Positions 35,447 through 48,594 of a DNA stretch of 64,000 nucleotides are shown piece after piece. The notes below the pieces were generated by a model. The model saw only the letters and a program-made list of their open reading frames with translations. It had not been told where the DNA came from and did not search any database. Position 1 is the first letter of the stretch. Every line of letters starts with the position of its first letter. The position numbers and the translations under genes are program-made. Source of the DNA: Neophaeotheca triangularis (Eukaryota). The stretch is from positions 372,001 to 436,000 of the forward strand of contig BAAIJX010000011.1 in the NCBI GenBank assembly GCA_054600435.1, given 5' to 3'.

Positions 35447-36648
35447 GGGAGAGTGTTGCTTTTTCTATTGTATTCTTGAGCGTACGTTTTTCGCAGCATA
35501 GCGTATGGTGGATTTGGCATTGGCGATTTTGAGTGTAACGATAGAGCGACTTTGACCATGGTGGTTTTTTCTGAGTGTGTTGTACTTTTTATTTCTTGGA
35601 GTTTTACTGTATGCCTGTATACCTAAATGGAAAAATGGGGACTTTCCGAGACGTTCTGAAAGTCCCACGTTCCACGATGCATTTTGTCAAAGCATAAGAA
35701 CACTAGACATGTCAAGCTCTACCTAGGTAAGGTAGCCTCACTTGACGTACCCACGATGACCGTGCTACAGATGGCCGACGGGGTCGGGGTCATCCATCAT
35801 GTGATGACCCGGTCCACCGACTCTGTCCAGTCACTGCGATCAAAAGTTGAACAACAACGTCTGGTGCTGTGATTCGAGCTTTTGAGTGGAACCACGGTTC
35901 GGTGCTCTATCTAAACGCTATCGACGATACTACAAGATCACATTGACAGGAATTCGTAGCAGTAGTATCAGTCGAATACAGTAGTTCAGGGACTGTTGAC
36001 GAATGTCGTTTTCTAGGACTGATCTCTTTTCGTCTTTGGGAACAAATGCCTTTTTACGCTTAAGCTTACGTGGGACCTGCAAGTTCCGATATTCTAGTCC
36101 GGTTTATTAGGTTACCATCACGTCTTATTGGTCTGATGCGACCGGAGTACATATTGAGGTTTTGGTGTTTTGTGCTATGATGTAGCAGGCCTGCATTTTG
36201 ATGTTTGTATTGCTTTCCGCATCTCTTACCTCAATCTCATCAAGAAAACAAGGCGTTTTGGCCGGTCAGGTCGGACTACGACTAGCAGGTCTTGACATAG
36301 ATGGCTCAAGCGAACGTTAGGAGTTGTAATCCATCTCAGACGCTGCCATCAGTCTCTAAACGACCACTCACAAATATCAGCACTGGAACTGTTGTTCTTC
36401 TAAACGTGATATTAGCCCAAACTCGAACCCTGACTCCTACCTCTCAAGAGGCGAAGCACGAAGAACGTGGGGCACCACAACCCCACGATTCCCCTTCGGC
36501 TCCCGCCAACTCTCCACTCTCTCGAGGTCCCAACTCTCCTACCACCTACCTACCTCCCTTTCCTTGCTGTGCCTGCTCGAACATCCCCCCCGAAGCTCGA
36601 GAATCACTAACACAACCAAACCCCGCTCGTCTCCGACCACCACCCGCC

Positions 36649-37602
36649 ATGGCGCCCACCTCAACCCTAATCAACAAGCTCAAGGTGCAGCTCAAGCTCT
36701 CCATCTCCCGGCTGCGCATGGTGCAGCAAAAGGACACGGCGCTAGCCAAACAGTCCCGCCGCGACATGGCCGCGCTGCTCGAAGTGGGCAAGATCGAGAG
36801 CGCGCGCATCCGCGTCGAGAACATCATCCGCAGCGACATGAACACCGAGCTCCTCGAGATTCTCGAGCTGTACTGCGAACTCCTAATCGCGCGAGCGGGG
36901 TTGCTCGAAGCTAAAGAGTGCGATGTCGGGTTGGAAGAGGCGGTTTGTAGTTTAATCTTCGCGGCGAATCGGGTTGAAGGGGTTAAAGAGCTGGGGACAG
37001 TCAAGGCGTTGTTGGTCGAGAAGTTTGGCAAGGAGTTTGCGTTGGCTGCGCAGGAGAATCGGGAGGGCAAGGTTGGGGAGAGGGTGAGTAAGAGGTTGTT
37101 GGTTACGCCGCCGAGTCGGGAGCTCGTGGATTTGTATTTGGAGGCGATTGCTGAGGCTTATGGGGTCGATTGGCCGCCGGGAGCGCAGGCTGCGAGGGAT
37201 AGGACGGCTGCAGGTGAGGACGATGGCGACGACGACGAGGAGGGTGATGGCGATGACGACGATAGCCCGTCTGGAGGGCAAAAGGTCAAGGCCATGGAGC
37301 CGGCTTTGGAGAACGACCGAGAGTTGAGCAAGGCCACACCACCGAGAGATCTAGAGGGCGGTCCCAAAAGCCCCGTCAGCGTCGTGCCACCTAGCCCCAG
37401 CACAGATAATGTTAGACCCAAAGTCAACCTGCCGGGTCCACCTGATCTAAAACCTGGGAAGAAAATGGTCGATGCCAGCAAGGGCAAGGCCGAGCAAGAC
37501 AAGAAGAAAGAAGAGAGGGCGGCCAAGGACAGCGGGCCTGGCGGGAAGATCCCCGATGTGGACGAGCTGAGTAAGAGGTTCGCGCAGTTGGGGAAGAAGT
37601 GA
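36649..37602 (+). CDS. IST1: ESCRT-III-associated Ist1 (DUF292)
   Basis: KLKVQLKLSISRLRMVQQK...ESARIRVENIIRSD...LELYCELL, with a C-terminal MIM-like DELSKRFAQL. ATG at 36649. Confidence 0.92.
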   Translation: MAPTSTLINKLKVQLKLSISRLRMVQQKDTALAKQSRRDMAALLEVGKIESARIRVENIIRSDMNTELLEILELYCELLIARAGLLEAKECDVGLEEAVCSLIFAANRVEGVKELGTVKALLVEKFGKEFALAAQENREGKVGERVSKRLLVTPPSRELVDLYLEAIAEAYGVDWPPGAQAARDRTAAGEDDGDDDEEGDGDDDDSPSGGQKVKAMEPALENDRELSKATPPRDLEGGPKSPVSVVPPSPSTDNVRPKVNLPGPPDLKPGKKMVDASKGKAEQDKKKEERAAKDSGPGGKIPDVDELSKRFAQLGKK

Positions 37603-38472
37603 TAGTGCTACTGGCATTGGTATTATTGCGTCGAGAACCGATTTGGCTCCATGAATCGGATCTTTCTCCGTGATCCCTCTTAGTCCCCCTCTGGCTGCTA
37701 TCGGCTTCAATATGCCCTCCGACGACGCCAACCCGGATTGCGACTCTTCCTACCGACGCAGCACGCGGAAGTCTTGAACAGCAGTGCCTGTGCTATGGGG
37801 ATTTCCAAAGCTGGTTTTCATAGGAATAGGGGCTTATAAACGACGGGAAAAGCTTAGTAGGGGCTCATGATAACGTCACCAAATTCGTACCGAAAGTTGC
37901 TAGCGACCGCGCTTGCTTGCAAGGCATCGACAGACTTAAAGATCGCCCAAATCCGGCGATAGATGGCCGGATGCGGTATGACAGATAGTAGCGAGCGGAG
38001 CTGGGGCGCTTCGCTCTTTGATGGCGATCTCGGAAGCCTTGGGCTGGGAATTGTAACAGTCGCTCTTAGGCTTGATTTCATAGGTAGTTGTATGAGACGT
38101 TGGCTGTGGTTTTCCGCCTCCCTCGACATTAAATCTACCCCCCCTACCCCCGGGAGTCTTCCTCCAAGTCTATCGCTGTCAGACATGATTGTCTCATTGA
38201 CAAGAACTATATATATAGTCTAAAGGGTATCGCAAGACCGAGCTTACCGGGTTGGCCTCCAGCAATAGCTTCGAACAGAATGAGGCGCTCTCCCACAGTA
38301 GTTGTGTTTGTTCCATAGAAAAGCCGAAACCCACAGTGACTGCGAAGCTTAAACCATGAGACACTCTTCGGCATCCTTCGCATCATGTCCGCCCCGAGAA
38401 CAACGCTGACACCCACGAGCACAGGTAATGCCCATACGTTGACCCTATCCCCTTCGCGGCGGCCCCGCACAC

Positions 38473-39675
38473 CTAGCGCCGAGAGCCGCCAGAATTATGT
38501 CGAGGGCTACGGCTCCTGCGGCGGTCGTCCCGCTCTCTGCGACTCTCAGGTGAGCGGCGACGTGGGCTGCGACTTCTAGCTTGGCGACTCGCCTCGTCCC
38601 TACGAGAATGACCGTGGTGATGGCGACGATCATCATGTCGGTGGCGGTAGTGAGACCTGTCCAAGTCTGCATATTCTTTGTCGTCATGCCTGGACCGATG
38701 GGAACGGTGCCCTCGATCTCCACGCTCTCGCTCTCCACGCTCCCGGTTGCTACGCTCCCTACTGTCGAGCTTTCCGTCGCCATCTTCACGCCTCCTGTGA
38801 CCACGCTCTCCGTCGTCACGCTTCTTATCCCCACGCTCCCTCCTCCTCTCACACTCTTGATCCTGTTTCAGCTGATCCAGCTCTGCTTTTTGCTGCTTCC
38901 TGTAAGCCGCCTTTTCGGCCTCATGCTTCCGTACTGCTGCCGCACCTGCATTCATCATTGCAAGCGGGTCGCTCGAGGATAGTCTGACTTGAGCACGCTC
39001 CTTCCTGCCGGTGTCTTCGTTTCCCCAGACATCCTTTTCTTGCACAGTGTCGAGAGATTTAGGCTGTGCGGGCGCAGTGGTCGAGGAGGTGTACCAAGGG
39101 TTGCCGCTGCTGCTGTCGCTTTTGGAATAGCCAGTCGCGTCCTTGAAACGCATATTCTGCATTTGCTTCTCCGCGTCGTCCTTTTTGCGTCGCTTATGGC
39201 TGTCTTCGGCTTCCCGCTTCCTTCTCTCACGCTCATCAGGCTCAACGAACAACTGAAAGTGTCCGTCGGCGTCATGGATCGGTGCATTGCGGTCTCGCTC
39301 CCCCACGATCAGCCTCGAGCGCTGTGCCTCCCCTTCGCCCTCTACATCCTCCCGCGCATATCGCATTTCCCGGTCTTTTTCATCTTCGCCGTGTACTCTC
39401 TTCCTCTTCTTCTCCCTCGACCTTCCATCACCCGTATCCCTGCTGTGCTCGGATCGTCTAGGACCATGCTCAGGAGCTCGAGACGGAGGCGAAGGAAAAG
39501 TCGGGGGCGTCTCACCCCTAAGGCGGGCAATCCTGATAGCCGCATCTTGAGCCTCTAAACGCTCCTCTTCTTCCTGCTCGCGGCGCTTTGCAGCAGCCTC
39601 ATCACGCTTGACCTGTTCAATGGCCTGGGTGTTGTAGACGTTCCAGCTCTTTTTGCCAAGCAGATGGAGCACCAT
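38473..39675 (-). CDS. CIR N-terminal domain protein (LENG1-like, putative splicing-associated)
   Basis: Start MVLHLLGKKSWNVYN...VKRDEAAA, a central SDPLAMM motif and an RS/RE-rich tail. Confidence 0.8.
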   Translation of the reverse strand: MVLHLLGKKSWNVYNTQAIEQVKRDEAAAKRREQEEEERLEAQDAAIRIARLRGETPPTFPSPPSRAPEHGPRRSEHSRDTGDGRSREKKRKRVHGEDEKDREMRYAREDVEGEGEAQRSRLIVGERDRNAPIHDADGHFQLFVEPDERERRKREAEDSHKRRKKDDAEKQMQNMRFKDATGYSKSDSSSGNPWYTSSTTAPAQPKSLDTVQEKDVWGNEDTGRKERAQVRLSSSDPLAMMNAGAAAVRKHEAEKAAYRKQQKAELDQLKQDQECERRRERGDKKRDDGERGHRRREDGDGKLDSRERSNRERGERERGDRGHRSHRSRHDDKEYADLDRSHYRHRHDDRRHHHGHSRRDEASRQARSRSPRRRSPESRRERDDRRRSRSPRHNSGGSRR

Positions 39676-41488
39676 GTTGGAGTCACTGTTGCTACTGGGA
39701 GGTGGGTCAATGGCCCGCGAGTCGTAATAAGCAGGTAACGGGCAATACTCACTGTCTAGCTCGTCACAGGCGGTTGGTGATATGGCGCGATTGCTAGCGG
39801 GATCAGGGCAGTTTCGCTCCTCCCGGGCTTGATTCTTGTGGAGTCTATGCATCGCGAGGTGAGTATGAAGCCGCCGTGGTGGGATAGAGAAGTAGAGGTG
39901 ACGGTGAGTGCTTGCAAGGCGCCTGTGTGTGGATATGCCCGGACGCTACCGTGTACCTACAGATTGATGTGTGAAGGCTTTGAGCTGAGCTGAGCTGACT
40001 TGCGTCGTACCGTGTAGGGCAGGGACCTCGGTAATATAAGGTAGACAGCTGGAGGTGATGGTATAATTGTTAACAAGTGAGAATGACTGGAGTGCTGCAT
40101 AGACTAAGGTATGTAGTAGGTGGGGGCCATAATAATTGTGAAGTGGAAGGTAGGTAGCTTACACCCCACCCCGCATTCAGCTAGGCCAAGCTCGAGCTAG
40201 CGGCGATCGGTGGATGCATTCCGTCTCCCGTCTCCACCTGCACTGGCCTCGAGGTCAGGGCGTGGTCGGGAGGTAGCCACCTGGCCACGCGCAATGGGCT
40301 TTGATGTTGACTATCGGATGCCTGGATACTTGCAGGGAGGGAAGAGGGGGCTCATCAGTGAGCGTCTTTGAGAAGAGGTGTAGCTCGCGCTTCGACGGGA
40401 CAAGATGCTGGGAGCAAAAGTCTAAGTCTACGCGGCAGTACCATCAAATGCAAGCAGCATCCCAGTGCCCAGGCTTGACCCTTTGACCTTCGACCCGCAG
40501 ACCGGACGGCGGCAAGGCAAGGTACTAGCAACGGAATGGTCGATACGGGAGCCTTCGGTCTGATGATGAGGTGGACAAGGCTTGCTGATGCGCTGTCTTG
40601 ATCTGAAAGCAGTCGACGAATAGGTAAGGTATGCCCAGTATCCGCCAGATCATTGGTGAAGCAGAAGCCGTGTCACCAATATCAATACTTCTCGCGTCTT
40701 GTCTTGACTCGAAGAGTCCCCCCTCATGCTACAAACCGTCTACTACCAGTACCTAGTTTCAGCAAACCATCTCCGCCCCACCTGGGCCGCTTTACAATGT
40801 ATTTCCCTTGGCGGTAGCATGCCACCCGCAACAATGAATAATTATGGCAGGGCGCTACTGCTTTGCTGGCCCGGAGAGATCGTTAGCATAATAAGAGGAT
40901 GCCATACGGATGTTATCATGTACATGGTAACTTGTTCTAATTAGGCTGAGGTGGATATAAATTGAAAGTGCTAATATCGGCTCGAGCCATTGGTCTACCG
41001 TGGCACAGTAGTGGTACTGGCGCCGCCAGCTTTTACACTTTGGGATGACACGCGCCAAATTCAATGGAAACACTCTCCGCCACAACGGTAACTTTCGCCC
41101 TTCTCGTGTAAAACAGCTTGGAAAGGCCGCAGCTGGCCTGATGTGCATTATTGTTGTTCGACGCCTGGACAAGGTAACGTTTGCAGCAAAGACTGATGAC
41201 CCGGCGTGAGAGGTTCCAGCCATGCCATTCCCACCCACCGTTCACCTGTAACCAAGCACTGCTTCTCCTTCAACGCTTCATACTTCATACCCTTCTCTAC
41301 CGACACTTACTCCGACCACCTCTCGCGACTTAAGTATTGTACAACTATCGGGCCCGAGACTCTACTCGGCCTCTCAGCAAACGCTTCGAGTCTGACCTGA
41401 CACTTTCGTACTCGCACTCGCTTCCCTCTTCCGTTCTATACCTCCACCTCCGTCCAACTCGTCCACTTGGAGTACTCTACACCTCACA

Positions 41489-42410
41489 ATGCCCGTTTAT
41501 CTCCTCCACGGCTTCCGCTGGCCTCGCCCTCTAATTCGCATCCACATCATCCTCCAGAATCTCGACGACGCTGCAGCAGAATGGCTCTGCCAGCCGCAAA
41601 CCACGCGCGTCATGCTCGAGAACTTCCACCAGCTCTACCCAGACTGCATGCCCAACCTGCCCAACCTGCGCTTCATCGAGCAATACGACCCGGAAGACTT
41701 GTCCGCTGAGTCAGCCACCCAGCCGTACGCTTACGTTGCGGACGTGGTCGAGGAGATCAAGCTCGGCGCCGAAATCGACGAGATTAGAGGCAAAGGCATG
41801 GCATCGGAGCAGTGGGAGAGCATCATGGATTTGCGGGACAAAGTCGCACCGGACGAGAAGGTGGCCTGGTGGGTGGTTGTTTGCGGCGATGAGGAGCGAT
41901 GGGCCCCCCCTGTGGACTCTGAGAGCGAGTACGAGGTTGAAGATGCGGACGAGGGCGTAGGCACAAACGCGAGGCAAGATAGCAGCGGCAGTGGGAGCGC
42001 AGAGTACAACTTGCCAATCAGAGGAGCCAATCAGCAAAGCACGCCAGCCTTGCCAGTGCAGCCTCAGACTAAGCCATCTCCATCGCCGGCACCGGTGCGG
42101 TCGTCGGCGCCAGCAGTCCAGCCTCCAGCTATCCCTTCCAAGGCATCGCCGGAAGCTCCGCAACGAGAGGAGGGGGGGAGGGGTTTCCGCAAATTCTTCA
42201 GTTCCAGTGGGCGCTCCAAGACGCCGAAGAAACGCAAGAGGTATGTAGAGCCTTTTGCGATTTAGGAATGTTAGCTAACTGCAAAACAGCATGAGCAAGC
42301 TCTTTCAGAGAGAAGACCGCGAGGAAGAGCAGCCCCCTATGCCATCAAATGGCGCCGCTCACGCAGAGGCCGCTGCTTCACGTGGCGGCTCAGGAACTCC
42401 ACGGAGATGA
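41489..42410 (+). CDS. flbE: Developmental regulator FlbE-like
   Basis: MPVYLLHGFRWPRPLIRIHIILQNLDDAAAEW, LRFIEQYDP, QPYAYVAD and WWVVVCGDEER. Intron at 42241-42289; stop at 42408-42410. Confidence 0.82.
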
Positions 42411-43137
42411 CGTGGTGTCAATGCTGGGCAGTCCAGCGTGGCGACGGGTCTTAATGATCGATACAATCGGTCTACCAAACTCTGCTTGCTCACCGGACTC
42501 GTGCGAGGCCATCAGCATCTTGCTGAAATCCGCAAGGTTCGCATGACCAAAAACATCTAGCGTTTGCGACACCACCGCTTTAGCGAGGTATTGCCTATCA
42601 CCAGCTCGACTTGCTCTGGGTAAAAAGTGCTTTGGAATGAGAGATGATGATTACGATGGAATGAACTGGCTGACATGGTGTTTTACGGGAGAGACATCAA
42701 CGATAATCTGGCTTGACTATCGACTGCCAGATAACTCGGTACGGGAGGGGGCTCGATGCTAAAAGAGGCAGGGAGCATTTCTGTGAAGCGTTTCTCTGCG
42801 CATCGGCTACAACAGTGACTGCAGTGGGGGCTTTCGTTTACTAGGCCTAAATTGTAGATGTCCTAGCGCAGTGCTGTATTTCAAATGGTTGATAGCTACT
42901 ACATAGCTTGCGATGATTTCCAATTGACACCGCCGTCACATGAAACCGTGCAATGCATTCGCTGAAAGCTGCAAGAAACGCCGAGACTTCAACGTTACTT
43001 AGTATTCGCGTCAGGCTCCCTCCTAGTTAGTCGTCGGCGCTCCACAACCTCTTCGTTGGATATGGCGCGTACAGGCTCGCCCGCCAATTCGACATCTCTC
43101 AATACGACATCACGTACCCTTCCCCCTCGCCCCAAAA

Positions 43138-44113
43138 CTAATCATCATCAGGATTGAAAACCTCCTCCACAACCCTCCTTCTGCCAGCACCACCGGCAAC
43201 CCCAGCCCCCTCGAACAAACTCATGCGCCTCCTCTCCGCCTCCTCCTGCGCCAGCCGCTCTTTCTCCTCTTCCTCCGCTTTCCTCTGATCCGCTTCCACC
43301 TGCTCCTCCGCACTCAGCACACTAGCCGGGTCCCTGCCTTCCTCCAGCATCCCCTGAATTTTCGCCAGTGCTCCGCTCATGATGGCAGCGAGCGAGGGCC
43401 AGGGCTCGAAGGGCAGGGCGCTGAGCGGGTCCAGCCAGGTTCTGGTATCTTTGGATAGAGAGGTGAGGGCTGGGTTTGAGGGCGGTTGGGTGGGCGCTTC
43501 GGATGTGCTGGTGTATGCGGGTTGCGCTTGGGCTGGGGAGTCGGTTGTTGTGGCTGCTGTCTGGGCTGGAGTGGTGGTGCCGTTGGTGGTTTGAGCCGAT
43601 GTCGTGGCGTTGGGTGCTTGCGCTTGGCTATCTTTGGTGTTCGGTTGGGAGGAGGTAAGCTCTGGGAGTGGTTTGCGGAAGGTGGGGGGGACGGTGGTTT
43701 TGGATATGTATTTTGCGTAGGATAGGAGGTCGTCGACTTTTACTTCGCGACGGGCGCTGCCGTCTGCTGCCGTGTTGCTCGAAGGTATTGACGCTATTTC
43801 TTTGCGGAGATCCGCTAGGGTTCGGAGGGTGGTCTTGATGGTTTCGTCTAGGGAGTTGGTTGTTGCTTGGAGCTGTTGGATACGGAGGCGGTTCTGCTGG
43901 TGTTCTTGCACTGCATGATTGTGAGTTTCGTTTGGGTTTCATTTCCTATCTCCACGACGACTAACGTTGTTTGAGATGCCTTTCTATCTCCTCATCGACA
44001 GCTACAAGCTCCTCTGCCGCGGCGGGAGACGGGTTGTAGGCGGCTATGGAGTCTGTGAGGCGCTGGAGACTTTGTTCCATGCGCTGGTAGCTTCCCTGGA
44101 ATTGCGCATACAT
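43138..44113 (-). CDS. MED4: Mediator subunit Med4
   Basis: Exon 1 MYAQFQGSYQRMEQSLQRLTDSIAAYNPS; intron at 43911-43965. Motifs DLLSYAKYISKTTVPP and FEPWPS...IMSGALA. Confidence 0.87.
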
Positions 44114-44993
44114 GGCGAGCCTCTCGAGAGCAGCTCGTGGTGTTTGCGAGGACGAAGGGCTAGAGTTGTCGTTTGGGCCTGAGGAGTGCCTATGAGGTGA
44201 GGTGCTGTTTGATTGGTGCGCATTGAAGTAGTCCCCGTGACGGCTGGTCTACAGTAAGTAAGCCGAACTCTATCGTCCTTCACTCGAAAACCTGCTTTAA
44301 GCGTGCCTTACGCTTTCGGAAACACAAGCAGTCACCTCGAGTGGCTCCCGCTCAACAACGGCAACAGAATATTAATATTTTTGCCAAAGACCGCTCTCGG
44401 ACCACTCCAACACTGAAGACCTCCAGGGCTGTAGTGTTTCGAAAAAGACATGTGACGTGTATGCGAGGGAAGCCTGCCGACCTCGACTTTGCGAGGTACC
44501 TAACTCTGTGGTAGCACCTACTCGTCTAACAGACGGCTCGAATAGATCATAGCGTACCGACGAACGACACGATATCGCTATCACGTACGGTAGGCTAGGA
44601 TTCAATTTACTCGTCTTACCATCCCGCGGCAACTCAAGGGGTCGAGGCGCCAATCTGAAACAGGAGGCTCGATCAATGTTGTCGCCTGAACCACTCCCTA
44701 CCTGAAGCCAAGGAAACCTCTTACATCCGACTGCCTATATCAATCACACTTGCAGCTAAATAAAGCCGTGACACTCAGAGTAGGCTCGTCTCGCCCGGTG
44801 CGTCCATAGGACTCGGGACTCGGTCCTCGGTCTCAAGAAATCATCGATGCAGTAGTGAGTGCTAGAGCCAGTGTCGCCCATCTGGACACAATGGACGTCG
44901 GTTTGTCTTGCTTTTCGGTCGCGTCTATTCAAATCCTGGTGCTGGAGTACTGCGGCGCCTTACTACTTCGAGAACCATGAAGTGCAGCCAACA

Positions 44994-46247
44994 ATGCTCG
45001 ATCGGCATTTTCGACGTTGGTACTGGGCAAACCATCGAGAGGACCACTTGTCCCGGACATTGTTAGTGAATGATCACGGATCCTTCATGCCCGGCGAGTC
45101 ACTCAAGGCCGCAATGAGCGAAGAAGTCCAGACTGCGCTTCCGGTGCAAACAGTTACGGTGCGGACAACAACGACGAGCACGATCTTGTTGACAAGTTAT
45201 GCGTCTGGAGTTGGCGACTTTGCATCGGTGACTTTTGCTTACTCTCCTTCCGTATCACCAACAAAATCTTGGACGACGTCGTCGCAAAACAGCGACAGTC
45301 CTGCGGTCAGCTCAGACTCACTCTTACCACCTGTCGGAGCTCGAGTACCACTGTCGACTACGCAGGGATCATCAACATTTTCAATGGGTCAGGAAACTAC
45401 AACGAGCTCGCTATCAACCTCACCTGAGGAAAGCTCAGAAGTTGGCTTGGAAAGCCAGGCGACGAAAAACGCCATCGTCGGAGGGCTTTCTGGTGCCATT
45501 GCGGGACTGGTGCTCGTTGGCATCCTGCTTTGCGTTTGTCTCCGGAGAAAGAGGCAAAAAAGCCTGGAGCCTGACGAACTTCCGGACGACAAAGAGAAAG
45601 GCTACCGGCCCAGCTTGTCTAGCAAGTGGAATGGTGTGATCGGCACCAAGGGTTCAGAGACGACGCCCCCCAAACCCGAGGGCGGAAAGTCCCCAGTAAT
45701 AATCGATGACCATCTTATCCGCATGAGCCTGGACCACTGGGAGCGACCATATGCACACAACGAAGGATATCGAGAATCCATGGGTCCGGGTCTATCACTC
45801 CGTTGCACAAACCCAGATCCATCGAGGCCAGAATCTCCCGCACTACCAGCGCCAGCACATTCTCCTGCAAGCTTCCTGAAACGACAAAGATCAGCCCTGA
45901 CTGCTGTCCTGCTCAACGCCAGCCGTTCGCCAGCAAGTCCAAACTCCTTGGCAGTGCCAGCGCCAGTCTCGACAGCAAACCGACCACCGTCGCAAGACAA
46001 TACAATAGCTGCGAACGCACCGTCCTCCAAATCTTCATCTTCCATAATCCGTCCAAAAACACCAGAAGATCCCTTCCTCATGCCACCAACGCAGCCACAC
46101 GCCCATCACACTCCCTCCCGACCGCTCTTGACGCCCATCCAGAGCGCCACCTCAATATCTTCGGCGAGCCGAACCCTAAGCAACATGGGCAGCGCTATGC
46201 TCAACCCTTTCCGCTCACGCTCAAACGTTAACAGCGACTTGCGCTGA
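44994..46247 (+). CDS. Ser/Thr-rich single-pass membrane protein (cell-surface-sensor-like)
   Basis: S/T-rich ectodomain, TM AIVGGLSGAIAGLVLVGILLCVCL, basic RRKRQK and an S/P-rich cytosolic tail. The true start is uncertain. Confidence 0.65.
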   Translation: MLDRHFRRWYWANHREDHLSRTLLVNDHGSFMPGESLKAAMSEEVQTALPVQTVTVRTTTTSTILLTSYASGVGDFASVTFAYSPSVSPTKSWTTSSQNSDSPAVSSDSLLPPVGARVPLSTTQGSSTFSMGQETTTSSLSTSPEESSEVGLESQATKNAIVGGLSGAIAGLVLVGILLCVCLRRKRQKSLEPDELPDDKEKGYRPSLSSKWNGVIGTKGSETTPPKPEGGKSPVIIDDHLIRMSLDHWERPYAHNEGYRESMGPGLSLRCTNPDPSRPESPALPAPAHSPASFLKRQRSALTAVLLNASRSPASPNSLAVPAPVSTANRPPSQDNTIAANAPSSKSSSSIIRPKTPEDPFLMPPTQPHAHHTPSRPLLTPIQSATSISSASRTLSNMGSAMLNPFRSRSNVNSDLR

Positions 46248-46733
46248 GATTCCCACTCGGGACACTCAATCACTACGTATGCTTCGGATCCCTCGTGGCG
46301 CCATCGGCCGCATAGCGATCCTTTTGAACTCGATAGGCCGAGTGTAAGGAATAGTCGGGCCACACAGGAGACGAGCAAGTTGCGAGATGGCGACGACGAC
46401 AGTGGTGATGGTAATGGGTATAGTAGTCTTGAGAATGGCTATGCTGGGAAGATGCATGGGTTGCAGGGGCGCGTGAGCGCTTATGAGGGTACCTGAGATA
46501 TTTGAGCAGAACGCTCTGGATTTGTCTAACACGTTGCGCATGTTCATATGAATGATACGATCAGATGAAATGAAGCGTGGGAGGAGTCGTCAGGGTGCAC
46601 GAGGTGCTGGTCCACCTCGCCCGGAAGCTCTCTTAGTAGTGGAGCTCTATAGTATCAAGCCATCTAACCAATTCCGTTCTCGTTGCAACACCTTTAAGCA
46701 TGCATGATATCATTGTCGGCAATGCTAAACTCC

Positions 46734-48525
46734 TCAAAGGGTATAAGTGAATTCAGGATTCTCCCTATCCGTCAAGTCCAACCACTCTTGATTTTCCAAC
46801 TTCACATAACCCTCACTTGCCCTGACTTTAGCTTTCAATCGGTTTTGGTATTTGCAGTACCAGTAGATGAAGTATAAGTCGCACAGGCAGACGGCCCAGC
46901 AGGCAATGATCACGTAGCAGGCTGTGAAGTAGCGAGGAGCATCCTCCGGGCGGAAGACCTGGGGTCCTATCAGGTTGCCTATGCAGTAAAAAACAAGGTA
47001 GAGGGCTGCCTGTTGATGGATAGTGGTCAGCTACGGACTGGGCTATTGGCTGGTTCCATGCTTTTTGTGACTTCTCCGGGTCATGGAATGGTTAGTCAGG
47101 CAAGGTCGACATACCGTAGTCGTCTTCTTCGTATACCCAGCTACGTTGGTACTGATCAAACTCAACAGAGCCACGAACGGCGTCGGAGAAGCTTGCGTGA
47201 GGTAGTAGCCGGCCAGTCGCCCGTTGGAGTTATCGAGCGGTAGGGCGACGATGAGTATCATGCCTAGGATACTTATCCACAGCCCGAAAGAGGCGAAGAG
47301 CAAGCGGTTCTTGTATTTGTCGCCCAGGTAGCCGCAAGCAATCAGAGCAACTATCTCTACGACGCCACCAGGTGTGCCCCAATACAGAGAAGCTTCTTGC
47401 GAATAGCCGAAGGAGACGATGAGCTGAGAGAAGAAGTTGGTAATGCCGCCTGTGCCAGTGAAGAAGTTAGCTCGATGTATTTGTACAATCAGCCATGTTG
47501 GATCAACGTACCATTGGGGATATCGGCTACTAAGGCAAAGAAGGCAAACGCCCACGTCAAAGGGTCTGTGAGTGCTTCCCGGAGCTGGTAGAGCTTGTAG
47601 TGTTTGTTGCCGACGCCCTGTTGGTTGACTCTTATCCGCTCGAGTGCGAGCACTCTGTCTTCCCTCTTCAGCCAGCGAGCATTCATTTGGTTGTCCGGCA
47701 TGATGAACAGAAAAACTATCCCGACGCCTACAGTCAGTAGCCCAAATGCCAAAAACACCGTCCGCCAGCCCGCAAGCAGAGCTCCGTGTTTCCGCTCGCC
47801 CACTGCTATGCCGTAAGCAACAAGGCCACCCAAGATTTGTGCCCAGCCGTTAAAGCTGAACCAGATGCCTGTGCGGAGGCCTTGCTCGCGCTTGGTGTAC
47901 CATTGACTGGTCAACAGTGCGAATCCCGGCGTAACGGCGGACTCCAATGCTCCGAGAAAGAAGCGTACGGCCACAGCTCCGGCGAAGCTATCCACGGCGG
48001 CGAAGCATGCAAGCGTGGTGCCCCATGCAATTATCATGAAGGAGGAGTATTTGGCCAAGGGCAGGCGCTGAAGAAGATATGCGGATGGGAATTCGAAAGC
48101 TAGGTAGCCGAAGTAGAACATGCTGCCGAGCCACTGGTAGTCATCGCCTTGTAAATTGATATCGCTTTTGAGGCCCATGATAGATGCGTAAGATATGGAC
48201 GTTTTGTCGAGGTAATTGATACCGTATATGATACACATAATCTGGCGCAACAAGTTAGCGTGTCTCATGTCGTACCTAAAAAGACTACGCTTACGGGCAT
48301 CAAGTGCCAATCTATCCTTCGAAGTAGTCTCTTGTTCGTCGCATCGTCAATCTCAATTACTTCCCCTTCCATGCCCTGGAAGGCTTTCATAGCCTCATCG
48401 GCATCGTGCGAGTGTGCGAGGATCTTGGCATCGGCACCGTTCTTTTGGAGGTCATCTTGAATATGCTCTGGTAGGTTCTGATCGATATGAGGATCGATAC
48501 GACCCTTCTCATTCATCGTAGCCAT
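46734..48525 (-). CDS. MFS allantoate permease-like transporter (Dal5/ACS family)
   Basis: Motifs LLRRIDWHLMP, NYLDK, WLGSMFYFGYL, RFFLGALE, WYTKREQGLR, NVAGYTKK, IGNLIGPQVF and DLTDRENPEFTYTL. Introns at 48242-48294, 47450-47511 and 47010-47114. Confidence 0.9.
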
Positions 48526-48544
48526 TTGGTCGCGACCCGACGCT

Positions 48545-48594
48545 GAGAGAGACAGAGAGAGAGGAGAGAGAGAGATAGATAGAGAGAGAGAGAT
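48545..48594. repeat. Imperfect (GA)n microsatellite in the permease 5'UTR
   Basis: GAGAGAGACAGAGAGAGAGGAGAGAGAGAGATAGATAGAGAGAGAG, immediately upstream of ATG 48525. Confidence 0.8.
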